Assembly: GCA_966243015.1 (NCBI GenBank)
Contig: CBIMES010000002.1
Coordinates: forward strand, 117,458 to 181,457
Source: an uncultured bacterium
GTDB lineage: Bacteria > Patescibacteriota > Minisyncoccia > Phycocordibacterales > UBA6065
Direction of reading: 5' to 3'
DNA: 64,000 bases
Positions 1 to 9,863 of this stretch are shown piece by piece (position 1 is the first letter of the stretch; each line of letters starts with the position of its first letter). The notes beneath the pieces are model-generated. The model was given only the letters and a program-made list of their open reading frames with translations. It searched no databases and had not been told where the DNA came from. The translations under genes were made by a program, and so were the position numbers.

Positions 1-173
1 CTGTACTCGCCTAATGGCGTCTCACTAGTTTTGGGCCTAAGCCCTACCAGGGTAAGAGTGAACTCATGACGCCTGGCAATCTACGCTCGTTCCGAACCAG
101 CGCACATTGCCAAGAATCATCACCGCCCACTGAAAACCCTTTGACCAAACCTTAAACGATTTTTACCGGCATG

Positions 174-271
174 TGTGAAAGAACTTGTGGTCCCGTCAGA
201 GAAATTCTCTGCGACTCACAAAGACATTGTAGCAATCATTAAAGACATGTAAAGGACATACATGTGGATAA
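174..271 (-). promoter_or_regulatory. Leftward sigma70-type promoter with boxB/boxA-like leader and an upstream DnaA box (possible rRNA operon leader)
   Basis: Minus strand: TTTACA (253-248), 16-nt spacer, TGc-TACAAT (231-226); hairpin CAGAGA-ATT-TCTCTG (~211-197); AGTTCTTTCACA (185-174) resembles Firmicute boxA AGTTCTTTGAAAA; perfect TGTGGATAA at 263-271. Confidence 0.5.
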
Positions 272-306
272 GTGTCCTTTATAAAAGACACTCCTGAAAA
301 AACGGC

Positions 307-1098
307 CTAGTTAAGAGTCTCCAGAAGAATCGGGCAATGATCCGATCCCATAATCTGAAAGAGGATGTCGGCTTTTTTTATCTTGCCGACAATGTCGTCG
401 CTCACGAAAAAGTAATCTATTCTCCACCCGACGTTTCGTTCCCGCGCGAACGTCTTCATATCCCACCAAGAGTAAGCATCCTTTCGATCAGGATTGAGAT
501 GTCGAAACGTGTCGACGTATCCGTGAGAGATTACCATATTTATCCAGGCGCGCTCCTCGGGAAGGAAGCCTGTATTTTTCTCGTTCTCCCTTGGTCGGGC
601 GAGGTCAATTGGCATATGCGCCGTATTTACATCGCCCGTAAAGATTACTGAATAGCCTTTTTTCCTCAAATTATCGACGTATTCAAGAAAGGCAGCGTAA
701 TACTTCATCTTGTATGCAAGTCGCTCGGGACCGCCGCCACCGTTGGGGAAATAGGTGTTAATAAGAGCAACCTTGGAAAGGGCCCCAAACCGACTCTCAA
801 AAAACAAGGTTATTTGACGCCCCTCCTGATCAAGCTCGGCAATATCGAAGCCGTATTCGACACTATCGGGCTTAACTCTCGTGTAAATAGCTACGCCGCT
901 GTAACCTTTCCGGGCCTTTGAATGGTCAAAATACGAATAGTAGCCGACGGGGTAGACTATATTTGATTCGAGCTGCTCTGGGTGGACTTTCGTCTCTTGA
1001 AGGCAGAATACGTCAAAATCCTGGGAGACGAGCCAATCAAACGAACCCTTCTTGATAACCGCACGAAGGCCGTTCACGTTCCAAGAGATGATTTTCAT
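307..1098 (-). CDS. xth: Exodeoxyribonuclease III (AP endonuclease)
   Basis: MKIISWNVNGLRA, LQETK, GYSGVA, GDVNTAH, WRIDYF, SDHCP motifs; start set at 1098 behind TATTAT. Confidence 0.95.
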   Translation of the reverse strand: MKIISWNVNGLRAVIKKGSFDWLVSQDFDVFCLQETKVHPEQLESNIVYPVGYYSYFDHSKARKGYSGVAIYTRVKPDSVEYGFDIAELDQEGRQITLFFESRFGALSKVALINTYFPNGGGGPERLAYKMKYYAAFLEYVDNLRKKGYSVIFTGDVNTAHMPIDLARPRENEKNTGFLPEERAWINMVISHGYVDTFRHLNPDRKDAYSWWDMKTFARERNVGWRIDYFFVSDDIVGKIKKADILFQIMGSDHCPILLETLN

Positions 1099-1175
1099 GA
1101 AACCCATAATACAACAGGGTCCGTCTCAAGACGAACCCCGCAAGGCGACAGCGGCACAATGTGAAACCGACCAGC

Positions 1176-2102
1176 CTAAGATTTCTTCTTATTGTGGAAT
1201 TGTTTGTGGATGTTTCTCAGGTGACTGTCGGTAACATGGGTGTAAATCTGGGTCGTGCCAATATTTGCATGGCCAAGAAGAGCCTGAACCGAGCGCAAAT
1301 CAGCGCCATTTGAGAGCAAATCGGTGGCGAATGAGTGGCGAATGACATGCGGAGTGACCTTTTTCGACATGATTCCAGCCTTCGCCGCATAGTGTTTCAC
1401 GATGCGCTCGACAGACCGGGTGGTAAGAGGCAAAGATTCCCCTTTATTCTTTTTCTCGTGGGAGACCTTAACAAAGAGAGCGTTATCAATATCATCGCGT
1501 TTATCGAGGTATCTTTTGATGATTTTTTTTGCGTCTTCCGACACGAATACCACACGCACCTTGTCTCCCTTACCGCGTATAGACAGGTCGTCCACGGAAA
1601 GGTCTATGTCTCGGGTGAGAGAGCAGAGCTCAGAGACTCGAAGCCCCGTGGAAAAAAGCATCTCGAGAATAGCCCGATCACGAAGGGATTTTAGGTCATC
1701 GCCGTCCGGGGCCTTGAGAAGGCGTTGCAATTCCTGGTCAGACATGAAATCGATATGTCGTTCGCCGACCTTTGCGAGCTCGATTCGCTCAGGAGACAGA
1801 GAGGGAATACCCCGTCGAGCGAGATACTTGAGAAAACCTCGCAAGGCAATCAAATAATAGTTCTGGGTCTTTTTCTTGAGAGTTTGGGCCGTGAAACGGT
1901 TGTTTCCCGTACTCTGCCTGTTGAGCCAGAGACGGAACTCACGGACAGAGGTGTCAGTTATGGCCGAAGGGCTATCCGATTTGATGAAGGAGAAAAAGCG
2001 ACTTACGTAGCGATCGTAATTCTCGACCGTCTTTACGCTACGGCCTCGTTCTATCTCTATATACTCCAAAAACTGCTGTTTGAGCTCTTTGAGGGAAGCC
2101 AT
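1176..2102 (-). CDS. Tyrosine recombinase, XerC/XerD family (probable housekeeping Xer)
   Basis: RDRAILEMLFSTGLRVSEL, GKGDKVR, TPHVIRHSFATDLL, LLGHANIGTTQIYTHV; no att sites or cargo nearby. Confidence 0.9.
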   Translation of the reverse strand: MASLKELKQQFLEYIEIERGRSVKTVENYDRYVSRFFSFIKSDSPSAITDTSVREFRLWLNRQSTGNNRFTAQTLKKKTQNYYLIALRGFLKYLARRGIPSLSPERIELAKVGERHIDFMSDQELQRLLKAPDGDDLKSLRDRAILEMLFSTGLRVSELCSLTRDIDLSVDDLSIRGKGDKVRVVFVSEDAKKIIKRYLDKRDDIDNALFVKVSHEKKNKGESLPLTTRSVERIVKHYAAKAGIMSKKVTPHVIRHSFATDLLSNGADLRSVQALLGHANIGTTQIYTHVTDSHLRNIHKQFHNKKKS

Positions 2103-2204
2103 GTCGCACAATATTATAGCAAATAAGCCACCAGCATGCCGTCCTATAAAAAGGCCGGGAAAGGGCTTGCAATTTAAGAAGATATGTGCTATCCTTACTA
2201 CACC

Positions 2205-2471
2205 ATGCTTTCAACGACAAAGAAAACTAAAGTTATCAAGACAGCGGCAATCCACGACAAGGACACCGGTTCTCCGGAGGTTCAGGTCGCCCTTCTCACT
2301 TCTAAGATCGAGGAGCTCGCAAAGCACCTCAAGAAGCACTCAAAGGATCGACACTCGCGCCGCGGTCTTCTTGCGATGGTCGCTGACAGGCAGACCCATC
2401 TCAAGTACCTTCAGGCAAAGCATCCGAAGCGATACAGCGAGATCGCAAAGAAGCTCGAGCTCAAGAAGTAA
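2205..2471 (+). CDS. rpsO: 30S ribosomal protein S15
   Basis: DTGSPEVQVALLT, HLKKHSKDRHSRRGLL. Confidence 0.97.
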   Translation: MLSTTKKTKVIKTAAIHDKDTGSPEVQVALLTSKIEELAKHLKKHSKDRHSRRGLLAMVADRQTHLKYLQAKHPKRYSEIAKKLELKK

Positions 2472-2479
2472 GTAACGAT

Positions 2480-2508
2480 ATCCGCCTTCAAAAGGCGGAT
2501 TCGTTTTT
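2480..2508 (+). terminator. Intrinsic terminator after rpsO
   Basis: ATCCGCCTT-CAA-AAGGCGGAT then TCGTTTTT. Confidence 0.75.
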
Positions 2509-2637
2509 GATAACCTTCGCGATACAATGGCGCGAGAGCCCGTGACGGTTTTCGGCCGAGAGCAAACACTCGCGGGCGGCATGGCATTTATTTCACACGT
2601 TTAGACGGTATTTTTATAATCTAGTACTTTATATTTT

Positions 2638-3372
2638 ATGAGCGTAATCAAACACAAGAATCAACGAGTCGGCGTATTCATCGACGCGCAGAACCTCTAT
2701 CACAGCGCGAAGAACCTCCATCAGGGCCGAGTCAATTTCGGCGAGGTTCTCGCCACGGCAGTGGGGGAGCGACAGCTCGTCCGCGCCATCGCCTACGTCA
2801 TCACGACGGAATCGGGCGAGGAAAGCAACTTTTTCGACGCCCTCAACAAAGTGGGTATTGAAACCAAGACTAAGGACCTGCAGATTTTCTCGAGTGGATC
2901 AAAGAAGGCTGACTGGGACGTCGGTCTCGCCATCGATGCGGTAAAGCTGGCCGACAAGCTCGACGTGGTCGTGCTCGCATCGGGCGACGGCGACTTTGTG
3001 CCACTTGTCGAGTATCTCAAAATGAATGGCTGCCAGGTTGAAGTGATCACGTTCGGTAAATCCGCGTCAGGCAAGCTCAAGGAGGCCGCCGATGATTTTG
3101 TCGACCTCGACGAGAAACCCAATCTCTACGTCCTCGGACACGGGGGTAGGGGGTACGACAAGAGGCACGACGAGGCGAGAGCGCACAAGGGTCCACGCCC
3201 CAGCCAACAGGCTAGCGTCCCAACCATAGCGGGATCAATGCTTCCGCCAAAGCCAGAAAACGACCGAGCTGAGCGCACGCAGAACCGCCAGAGGCAGCAG
3301 GGAGGCCAGCGCCCAGAGCGACCAGCAAATCCACAGAATAAAATCACCAAAATCGTCAGGAAAATGAGGTAG
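2638..3372 (+). CDS. NYN domain (LabA/DUF88, PIN-like) protein with disordered C-terminal tail
   Basis: VFIDAQNLY, KKADWDVGLAIDA, LASGDGDFVPLV acidic PIN motifs. Confidence 0.88.
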   Translation: MSVIKHKNQRVGVFIDAQNLYHSAKNLHQGRVNFGEVLATAVGERQLVRAIAYVITTESGEESNFFDALNKVGIETKTKDLQIFSSGSKKADWDVGLAIDAVKLADKLDVVVLASGDGDFVPLVEYLKMNGCQVEVITFGKSASGKLKEAADDFVDLDEKPNLYVLGHGGRGYDKRHDEARAHKGPRPSQQASVPTIAGSMLPPKPENDRAERTQNRQRQQGGQRPERPANPQNKITKIVRKMR

Positions 3373-3383
3373 AATAAAGGGAC

Positions 3384-4694
3384 ATGGAACCGAACGCTCT
3401 TAACCCCCAGAATCAGGCAGCGAAAAACGGAGCACCTGACATGACGAAGACGGTAAGCGACCTTCATGACGAAGGCGTCGATATCGTTGACCAGGGATCA
3501 TCAGAGCCAGATGAAATCGCGATGGGTTCAGAGACAGGTGCCCAGACGGAAGAAACAGAGGGAACCCTAGACGTTGACGTCGAGTCTGCCGAAAAGCCCA
3601 CTTTAGAAAAAAGCGCCGCATCGCAACCCCAGCCTCAGATTCACGTCGAATCACTCATACCTCGACCAACGGCACCGTCAGCAAGCCCCGCAAAAACCCA
3701 GGCGAGCTCAACACCAAACCCCTCTGCACCAAAACCTCAGACCCCTCCTCAGTCAGCCCTTCCAAAGACAGCCCTGCAGCAGGAAATGCAGGCGGCATGG
3801 GGAGATTCCTACGGTACAGAGCCGATGGCAAAGCCGACCGTACACAATGACCCTTCGATAAAGCCCCTCCGAACCTTCAAAAGCGACGCGGAAGAGGCCG
3901 TGCGTTATCAGAATATCTCAGCGGCGCAAATCGCCATCGCCGAGCAAAAGAAAAAGCAGGCCTCCACGCCAGTCGAAAGGGAAGAGGGGGAGAAGAGCTC
4001 GTCAGTTGGGATTCTTGCGCTCGCCCTCATAATCCTCCTTGTGGGCGCAGGCGGCGCATACTACTGGTTCTTCGTCATGAAAAAGAACCCTGCGAGCGCC
4101 CTCCCGCAGGAGCTTCGAGTAAGTACCATCATTCCGTACGCAAAGGCGAACACAGTCATTATTGGCCAGGGCAACATTATGGACACAATCGGCGGGGCAA
4201 TTCGCGCTGCAGAGCTTGAGCCGAACAGCGTCTACGCGCTCATTCCTGTCCCACAGGGAACCACAACCGTCGCGGCGCCAGTAACCTCCCTTCTCAGGGA
4301 TACCAAGATACCAAGCATGCTCAGCAGATCCCTAGCTTCGCAGTACATGGTAGGGGCCTACAACGGGACCACGAAAGACCCTTTCGTCATTCTCAAGAAT
4401 ACGTATTTCCAGAACGCCTTCGCGGGAATGCTTGAATGGGAAAAAGACCTCAGAAACGATCTCATCTCTCTCATCCGAGTCTCCCGACCCCAGGATGAAA
4501 TCACCCTCGTAAACAGAGACGTATTCGAGGATACCGTCATATCGAACATCGACGCGCGAGTCCTCAGGAACGAGGAGGGTGGAATCCTTGTCGCATACGC
4601 CTTTGCAGACAAGGACACCATTGTCATCGCAACCACGGTCGAAACCCTCAAGACAGTGCTCGACAAGCTCCTTGCGGTCAGGATTGTTCAATAA
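3384..4694 (+). CDS. Hypothetical single-pass membrane protein with Pro/Ser/acidic N-terminal region
   Basis: 436-aa ORF; TM segment ILALALIILLVGAGGAYYWFF; LRTFKSD and AFAGMLEWE segments. Confidence 0.75.
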   Translation: MEPNALNPQNQAAKNGAPDMTKTVSDLHDEGVDIVDQGSSEPDEIAMGSETGAQTEETEGTLDVDVESAEKPTLEKSAASQPQPQIHVESLIPRPTAPSASPAKTQASSTPNPSAPKPQTPPQSALPKTALQQEMQAAWGDSYGTEPMAKPTVHNDPSIKPLRTFKSDAEEAVRYQNISAAQIAIAEQKKKQASTPVEREEGEKSSSVGILALALIILLVGAGGAYYWFFVMKKNPASALPQELRVSTIIPYAKANTVIIGQGNIMDTIGGAIRAAELEPNSVYALIPVPQGTTTVAAPVTSLLRDTKIPSMLSRSLASQYMVGAYNGTTKDPFVILKNTYFQNAFAGMLEWEKDLRNDLISLIRVSRPQDEITLVNRDVFEDTVISNIDARVLRNEEGGILVAYAFADKDTIVIATTVETLKTVLDKLLAVRIVQ

Positions 4695-4721
4695 TATGAT
4701 GGTCACATAGCAAAAAAACAC

Positions 4722-5105
4722 ATGTCACACACCGCACAGCTCAACACCACACACTTTAAGAAACTCCTCGAAAAGGAGCTCTCGACCCTCGAGGCCGAGC
4801 TTAAGAGCGTCGGCCACATCAACCCTGACAACCCAAAGGATTGGGAGCCGTCTTCGGGCGAGGTTGACGTGAACGCATCTGACAGCGCGGACATCGCCGA
4901 CAATATCGAGAGCTATGAATCGAACACCGCGATCCTCAAGCAGCTCGAGGCCCAGTACAACGACGTGAAGCGAGCGCTCGACAAGATAGAGAAGGGAACC
5001 TACGGGGTCTGCGAGGTCTCCGGCCACCCTATTGAGACGGAGAGGCTCGAGGCAAATCCCGCGGCGCGCACCTGCCTTGCGCACAAGGACTCCGTAGTCG
5101 CGTAA
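4722..5105 (+). CDS. TraR/DksA family protein
   Basis: Coiled coil with DSAD tip; ALDKIEKGTYGVCEVSGHPIETERLEANPAARTC. Confidence 0.88.
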   Translation: MSHTAQLNTTHFKKLLEKELSTLEAELKSVGHINPDNPKDWEPSSGEVDVNASDSADIADNIESYESNTAILKQLEAQYNDVKRALDKIEKGTYGVCEVSGHPIETERLEANPAARTCLAHKDSVVA

Positions 5106-5115
5106 GCAAAGCATC

Positions 5116-5153
5116 AATATAAAAGGGCGCCAGAACTGGCGCCCTTTTATATT
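5116..5153. terminator. Bidirectional intrinsic terminator (18-bp perfect inverted repeat)
   Basis: AATATAAAAGGGCGCCAG-AA-CTGGCGCCCTTTTATATT. Confidence 0.8.
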
Positions 5154-5184
5154 TCCTTGAATGGTCGTTTGCTATGGTTGTCTC

Positions 5185-6665
5185 ATGCCATTCGCCCGAG
5201 TATACAGTGCCCAGAATCACGCGCTCAAGGCGCACATTATATCCGTAGAGATAGACATATCTCGTGGCCTTCACTCGTTCTCAATCGTTGGACTTCCTAA
5301 TAAGGCAGTCGAGGAATCGAGAGACAGGGTGTCAGCGGCCATAAAGAACTCCGGATTTAAGTCACCCAAACAAACGCAAAGGTGACCGTTTCGCTTGCGC
5401 CGGCAAATCTCCGGAAAGAGGGCCCCGTGTTTGACTTACCCATCGCCATTGCCTATCTCTTGGCATCCGAACACCTCTCGTGCGATCCAGAGGGGAAGAT
5501 ATTCGTTGGCGAGCTCTCGCTCGATGGAAAGATAAGGCCGGTTCGAGGTATTTTCTCAATAGCAGAGATGGCCGCACGGAAGGGGGTAAGGGAAATATAC
5601 GTGGCCAAAGAGAATGCTGGCGATGCGGCAACGATCAAGGGACCCCTAGTGTTTGGATTCGAAACACTCGACGAGCTCATTTCACACCTATCGGGTACAA
5701 AGATGATCAAGCCCGCAAGGCTGTCTCAACGAGCAACAGCGGAGATGCCTTACAGCGTCACGCTCGATGACATAGCAGGCAATAATAGCGCCAAAAGAGG
5801 ACTCATCATTGCCGTCGCGGGAATGCACCCAATCGCGTTCTTTGGACCTCCGGGTACAGGCAAAAGCATGCTCGCCAAAGCCTCACAAAGCATATTGCCC
5901 GATTTAACGACCAAGGAGAGCCTCGAGGTCTCTGGTATCCACGCGGTGTCGGGACGCTTCCACTCCGGACTCATCACCAGGCCACCATTCAGATCTCCTC
6001 ACCACACGTCATCGCACACATCTATTATAGGTAGTGGTTCACCTCCGCTCCCAGGGGAGATGACGTTAGCACACAGGGGAATCCTCTTCCTCGACGAATT
6101 CCTGGAATTCGACAGGAGAACTATCGAATGCCTCAGGCAGCCACTCGAGGACAAGCGTGTCTGCATATCGCGAGCGAAGGGCGGGGCAGTTTTTCCCGCT
6201 GATTTCATGCTCATCGCCGCATTCAATCCATGCCTGTGCGGCAACAGGGGATCAAGGACGGCAAAATGCACATGCACTGCAAGCGACAGAAATCGATACG
6301 ATAGAAAACTCTCGGGCCCCATAATCGACAGAATAGACCTGTGGGTTGAGGTAGCGGAGGTGGATTACGAGGCACTCATGATTCCTGTCCCCTCAGGACA
6401 CGAAACCTTCCAGGCGAAGACACTCGTCGAGAAAGCAAGAAAGGCAAGGGAAAAAAGAGTGGCGCGAGGCGGCGAGCCCGACAGAGCAGGCATATCCGAC
6501 AAAGGGAGGGAGACGCTTCTGGCCTACGCAAAAGCAGGGAATATCTCAGCAAGGTCGCATAAAAACATCCTCCGCGTGGCGAGGACCATCGCAGATATCG
6601 AGGGGAGCGAAAACGTAGAAGCGCCCCATATTCTTGAGGCGCTTCAGTATAGAAAAAGAGAGTAG
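5185..6665 (+). pseudogene. comM: ComM/YifB Mg-chelatase-like AAA+ helicase, split by a -1 frameshift near 5370-5385
   Basis: 5185-5385 encodes the N-terminus (IVGLPNKAVEESRDRV) and 5382-6665 continues (SLAPANLRKEG, GPPGTGKSMLA, PFRSPHHT, LFLDEF, LRQPLED, SGPIIDRIDL); pseudogene versus assembly error unresolved. Confidence 0.8.
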
Positions 6666-6680
6666 GGCCCCAAAGAAAAC

Positions 6681-7640
6681 CTAGAACGGATTTGCCGCGC
6701 CTCGAATCTCGAAATGGACGTGAGGGCCCGTAGACTTTCCAGTCGAACCGACAAGGGCGATAGTGTCTCCCTTGGCAACAGCCTGTCCCTGGGTGATAAG
6801 GACCTTGCTTGCGTGAGCGTAGAGGGTCTGAGTTCCGTTCGGATGCGAGACCACAATGTAGGAACCGTAACCGCCGTTATAGCCAGACGATCGGACGATG
6901 ATGGCGACGCCGTCAGCGGAAGCATGGATAGGCGTACCAGTTGGCGCGGCGAGATCGACGCCGTTGTTGCCGTGAAGACCCTGGCTTCGTCGACCGCCGT
7001 CGATAGGCCTCATGTAATAATCCTTATAGAGAGGGCCGCCCGTGCTGCGGAGAGGTGCAGTAAGCTTGCCGTTTGAAGCAACGGTGGGAACCGCCTGAAT
7101 TTCGCCGTCAGGAATAAGAACGGTCGATCCGACGGCGAGCACGTCAGTTGATTTGAGGCCGTTGTAAGCCATAATTTCGTCCATGTCCGCCTTGTACTTT
7201 GTCGCAATCGAGCGGATGGTCTCGCCCTTGGCGACCGCGTGCGAAACACCGGTGATAGGAAGAATGACGAGCTCATCGCCCTCTCGAATGAGGCCCTTCT
7301 TGATGTCGTTGGCCCAAACAATGGTATTGACCGAGACGTCGAACATATCGGCGATCTGAGAGAGATTGTCGCCAGCGCGAACCACATAGAGACTGATTTC
7401 AGTCGACTTAGTCTCCGCAAAGTCTGCTGGAGTGCCCGTAACCCCCGAAGCCTGGACAAGGGCTGAGCCGTCCACAATGGTTACATCGGGACCACCTGTA
7501 GCGTTCGGATTGAGCCGAGACTGAAGGAGGGGCATATTCTGAGAGGTAAGGGTAGTGATGCCCGCATCCGCCTGCTTATTGGAAATGAGGTCTCCCACAA
7601 ACGAAAAAACGCCCGCGGAAGCGCTCAAAGGGCTCAACAT
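6681..7640 (-). CDS. LysM-containing M23 family peptidase (cell-wall endopeptidase)
   Basis: Two LysM repeats (YVVRAGDNLSQIA, HAVAKGETIRSIA); HxxxD (LHGNNGVD), TLYAH, STGPHVHFEIR; true start may lie upstream. Confidence 0.92.
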   Translation of the reverse strand: MLSPLSASAGVFSFVGDLISNKQADAGITTLTSQNMPLLQSRLNPNATGGPDVTIVDGSALVQASGVTGTPADFAETKSTEISLYVVRAGDNLSQIADMFDVSVNTIVWANDIKKGLIREGDELVILPITGVSHAVAKGETIRSIATKYKADMDEIMAYNGLKSTDVLAVGSTVLIPDGEIQAVPTVASNGKLTAPLRSTGGPLYKDYYMRPIDGGRRSQGLHGNNGVDLAAPTGTPIHASADGVAIIVRSSGYNGGYGSYIVVSHPNGTQTLYAHASKVLITQGQAVAKGDTIALVGSTGKSTGPHVHFEIRGAANPF

Positions 7641-7901
7641 GGCCCCAAAAACAAAAAGAGGCTTTACGGAGTAAAGCGCTACATTGAGCCATATCTGGAA
7701 CCTCAGCCCATCCTTCTGGGGAGTAGGGGCGGAAGCTATGTGTGGGGTCTTAAAAATAACGTTAACTTATCCGGGATTTGCGGTATGTCCTTCTATTAAA
7801 TGGCTTTGTTAAGCCGTTTATGAAGGCATCTGAAGTTCGGTGTGGTATAACTATACCCAAGCCAATCCCCAAGTCAACGGTCACTTATCCCCCATGCTAG
7901 A

Positions 7902-9854
7902 ATGTCTCCTGTGACCTATCTAAACCATCTCAACGAGCAGCAGCGACAGGCTTTGAACAAAACCGAGGGACCGATGCTCATCCTGGCAGGCGCCGGAGCG
8001 GGAAAAACCAAAACAGTAACCTACAGAATCCTCCACCTGGTCAAAAAAGGGGTGCGCCCAGACAAAATCCTGGCAATCACCTTCACCAACAAGGCCGCAA
8101 AGGAGATGAGAGAACGTCTTTTCAAGCTTATTGAGCAGGATGCCGAGATAAACATGCCGGTTTCCTTCAACGAGCGACCGTTCGTGAGCACCTTCCACGC
8201 CCTCGGCGTGCACATCATCAGGGAAAACGCCCAGAAGTTCGGATTGACCCGCCATTTCACCATATTCGACCGAAGCGACTCGAAGAGAGCAGTCAAGAAT
8301 GCCATCGAGGAGATTCAGCTCGATCCGAAGCAATATGACCCGAACACAATTCTATCCATTATCTCGCGAGAGAAGGGAAATGCCGTCGGCATCGAGGAGT
8401 TCGCCAAGACCGTGAACGGCGAGTACATGCGCGAGATTATATATAAAGTATGGCAGAAGTACGAAATCGCCCTCAAAAAAGAGAAGGCTCTCGACTTTGA
8501 TGACCTGCTGCTGAAAGCCATGGAACTCCTTCGCGACGATGCGGCCGTACGAGCCCACTACCAGGAGACGTGGCACTACGTGCACATCGACGAGTACCAA
8601 GACACGAACCGAGTTCAGTACTCAATGGCGAAACTCATCACCGGCGAACGCAAGAACATCTGTGTGGTGGGCGACGTGGACCAGAACATCTACAGCTGGC
8701 GAGGGGCGGACATCAAGAACATCCTCAACTTCGAGCGAGACTTCGCGGGTTCGGTCATGGTCATGCTCGAGGAGAACTACCGATCGACCCAGACCATTCT
8801 CGAGGTAGCGAATCATATCATCAAGAAGAACAAGAACCGATTCGAGAAAAACCTCTTCACCAAAAACGGCGAGGGCGAGAAGATTACCGTCTACCCGGCA
8901 TTCGACGAGAACGACGAGGCCCGCTTTGTCGCAGAGAAGGTTCACACGCTGATAGGGCAGGGCGTCGACCCACGGGAAATCGCCGTGCTCTACCGCGCGA
9001 ACTTCCAGTCGCGAGCCCTCGAGGAAGGCATGCTCTCGCGAGGCATCGCATACCAGGTGCTCGGCACCAAGTTCTTCGACCGAAAGGAGGTTAAGGACGT
9101 GCTCTGCTTTATCCGAGGCGCTCTCAACCGCGACTCGCTCTCTGACCTCATGCGCATCATCAACGTTCCGCCGCGAGGCATCGGCAAGGCGAGCATCGCC
9201 AAGATCTTCTCGGGCATGATAGACAGCATGTCATCCGCACATCAAGAAAAGTGGCGGCAGTTCAGTGCCCTCCTCGACGGCATCAAGCACAAGGCTGAGA
9301 CCGAAAAGACGTCGGAGCTCGTCAAATACGTTCTCAACGCCACGGGGCTCGAGCAAAGCTTCCGCACCGAGGGAACGGAGGAGGCGATGGAGCGCATCGA
9401 AAACGTGCGCGAACTCGCGACACTCGCGACGAAATACGATTTCATGATGCCGGGCGAGGGCGTACAGAAGCTCCTCGAGGACGCCGCGCTCGCGAGCGAC
9501 CAGGACGAGATGGAAGAGGAGGCCCGTGCGGCGCGTCTCATGACCATACACGCCTCAAAGGGACTCGAGTTCGAATACGTCTTCATTGTCGGCCTCGAGC
9601 AGGACCTATTCCCGCACAAGGCCATGGAAAGCAAGGGCGGGAAGAAGGACGACGAGGAAGAGAGACGCCTCTTCTATGTGGCGCTCACGAGGGCGAAAAA
9701 GAAGATCTTCCTGTCACACACCTCTATCAGAACCATCTTCGGCCAGCGACAGGTGGCCGTGCCGTCTGAGTTCATCTTCGACGTACCAGACACCTACACT
9801 GAGGAGGAAGTGCGCACGACCGGCGGTGGCAAAGTTATCTATTTCGATATATAA
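7902..9854 (+). CDS. pcrA: UvrD/PcrA superfamily I DNA helicase
   Basis: AGAGAGKT, TFTNKAA, DEYQDTN, VGDVDQNIYSWRGA, ENYRST, MTIHASKGLEF, EERRLFYVALTRA. Confidence 0.95.
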   Translation: MSPVTYLNHLNEQQRQALNKTEGPMLILAGAGAGKTKTVTYRILHLVKKGVRPDKILAITFTNKAAKEMRERLFKLIEQDAEINMPVSFNERPFVSTFHALGVHIIRENAQKFGLTRHFTIFDRSDSKRAVKNAIEEIQLDPKQYDPNTILSIISREKGNAVGIEEFAKTVNGEYMREIIYKVWQKYEIALKKEKALDFDDLLLKAMELLRDDAAVRAHYQETWHYVHIDEYQDTNRVQYSMAKLITGERKNICVVGDVDQNIYSWRGADIKNILNFERDFAGSVMVMLEENYRSTQTILEVANHIIKKNKNRFEKNLFTKNGEGEKITVYPAFDENDEARFVAEKVHTLIGQGVDPREIAVLYRANFQSRALEEGMLSRGIAYQVLGTKFFDRKEVKDVLCFIRGALNRDSLSDLMRIINVPPRGIGKASIAKIFSGMIDSMSSAHQEKWRQFSALLDGIKHKAETEKTSELVKYVLNATGLEQSFRTEGTEEAMERIENVRELATLATKYDFMMPGEGVQKLLEDAALASDQDEMEEEARAARLMTIHASKGLEFEYVFIVGLEQDLFPHKAMESKGGKKDDEEERRLFYVALTRAKKKIFLSHTSIRTIFGQRQVAVPSEFIFDVPDTYTEEEVRTTGGGKVIYFDI

Positions 9855-9863
9855 AGAGCCGAC

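Noticed and set aside
1176-2102. Tyrosine recombinase as a prophage/ICE integrase
   Set aside because: XerC/D-type sequence between housekeeping genes, with no att repeats, tRNA target or cargo
5383-5385. TGA in comM as evidence of genetic code 25 (UGA=Gly)
   Set aside because: Read-through stays in a non-homologous frame (PFRLRRQ...); homology resumes only in the -1 frame, and no other conserved gene has in-frame TGA
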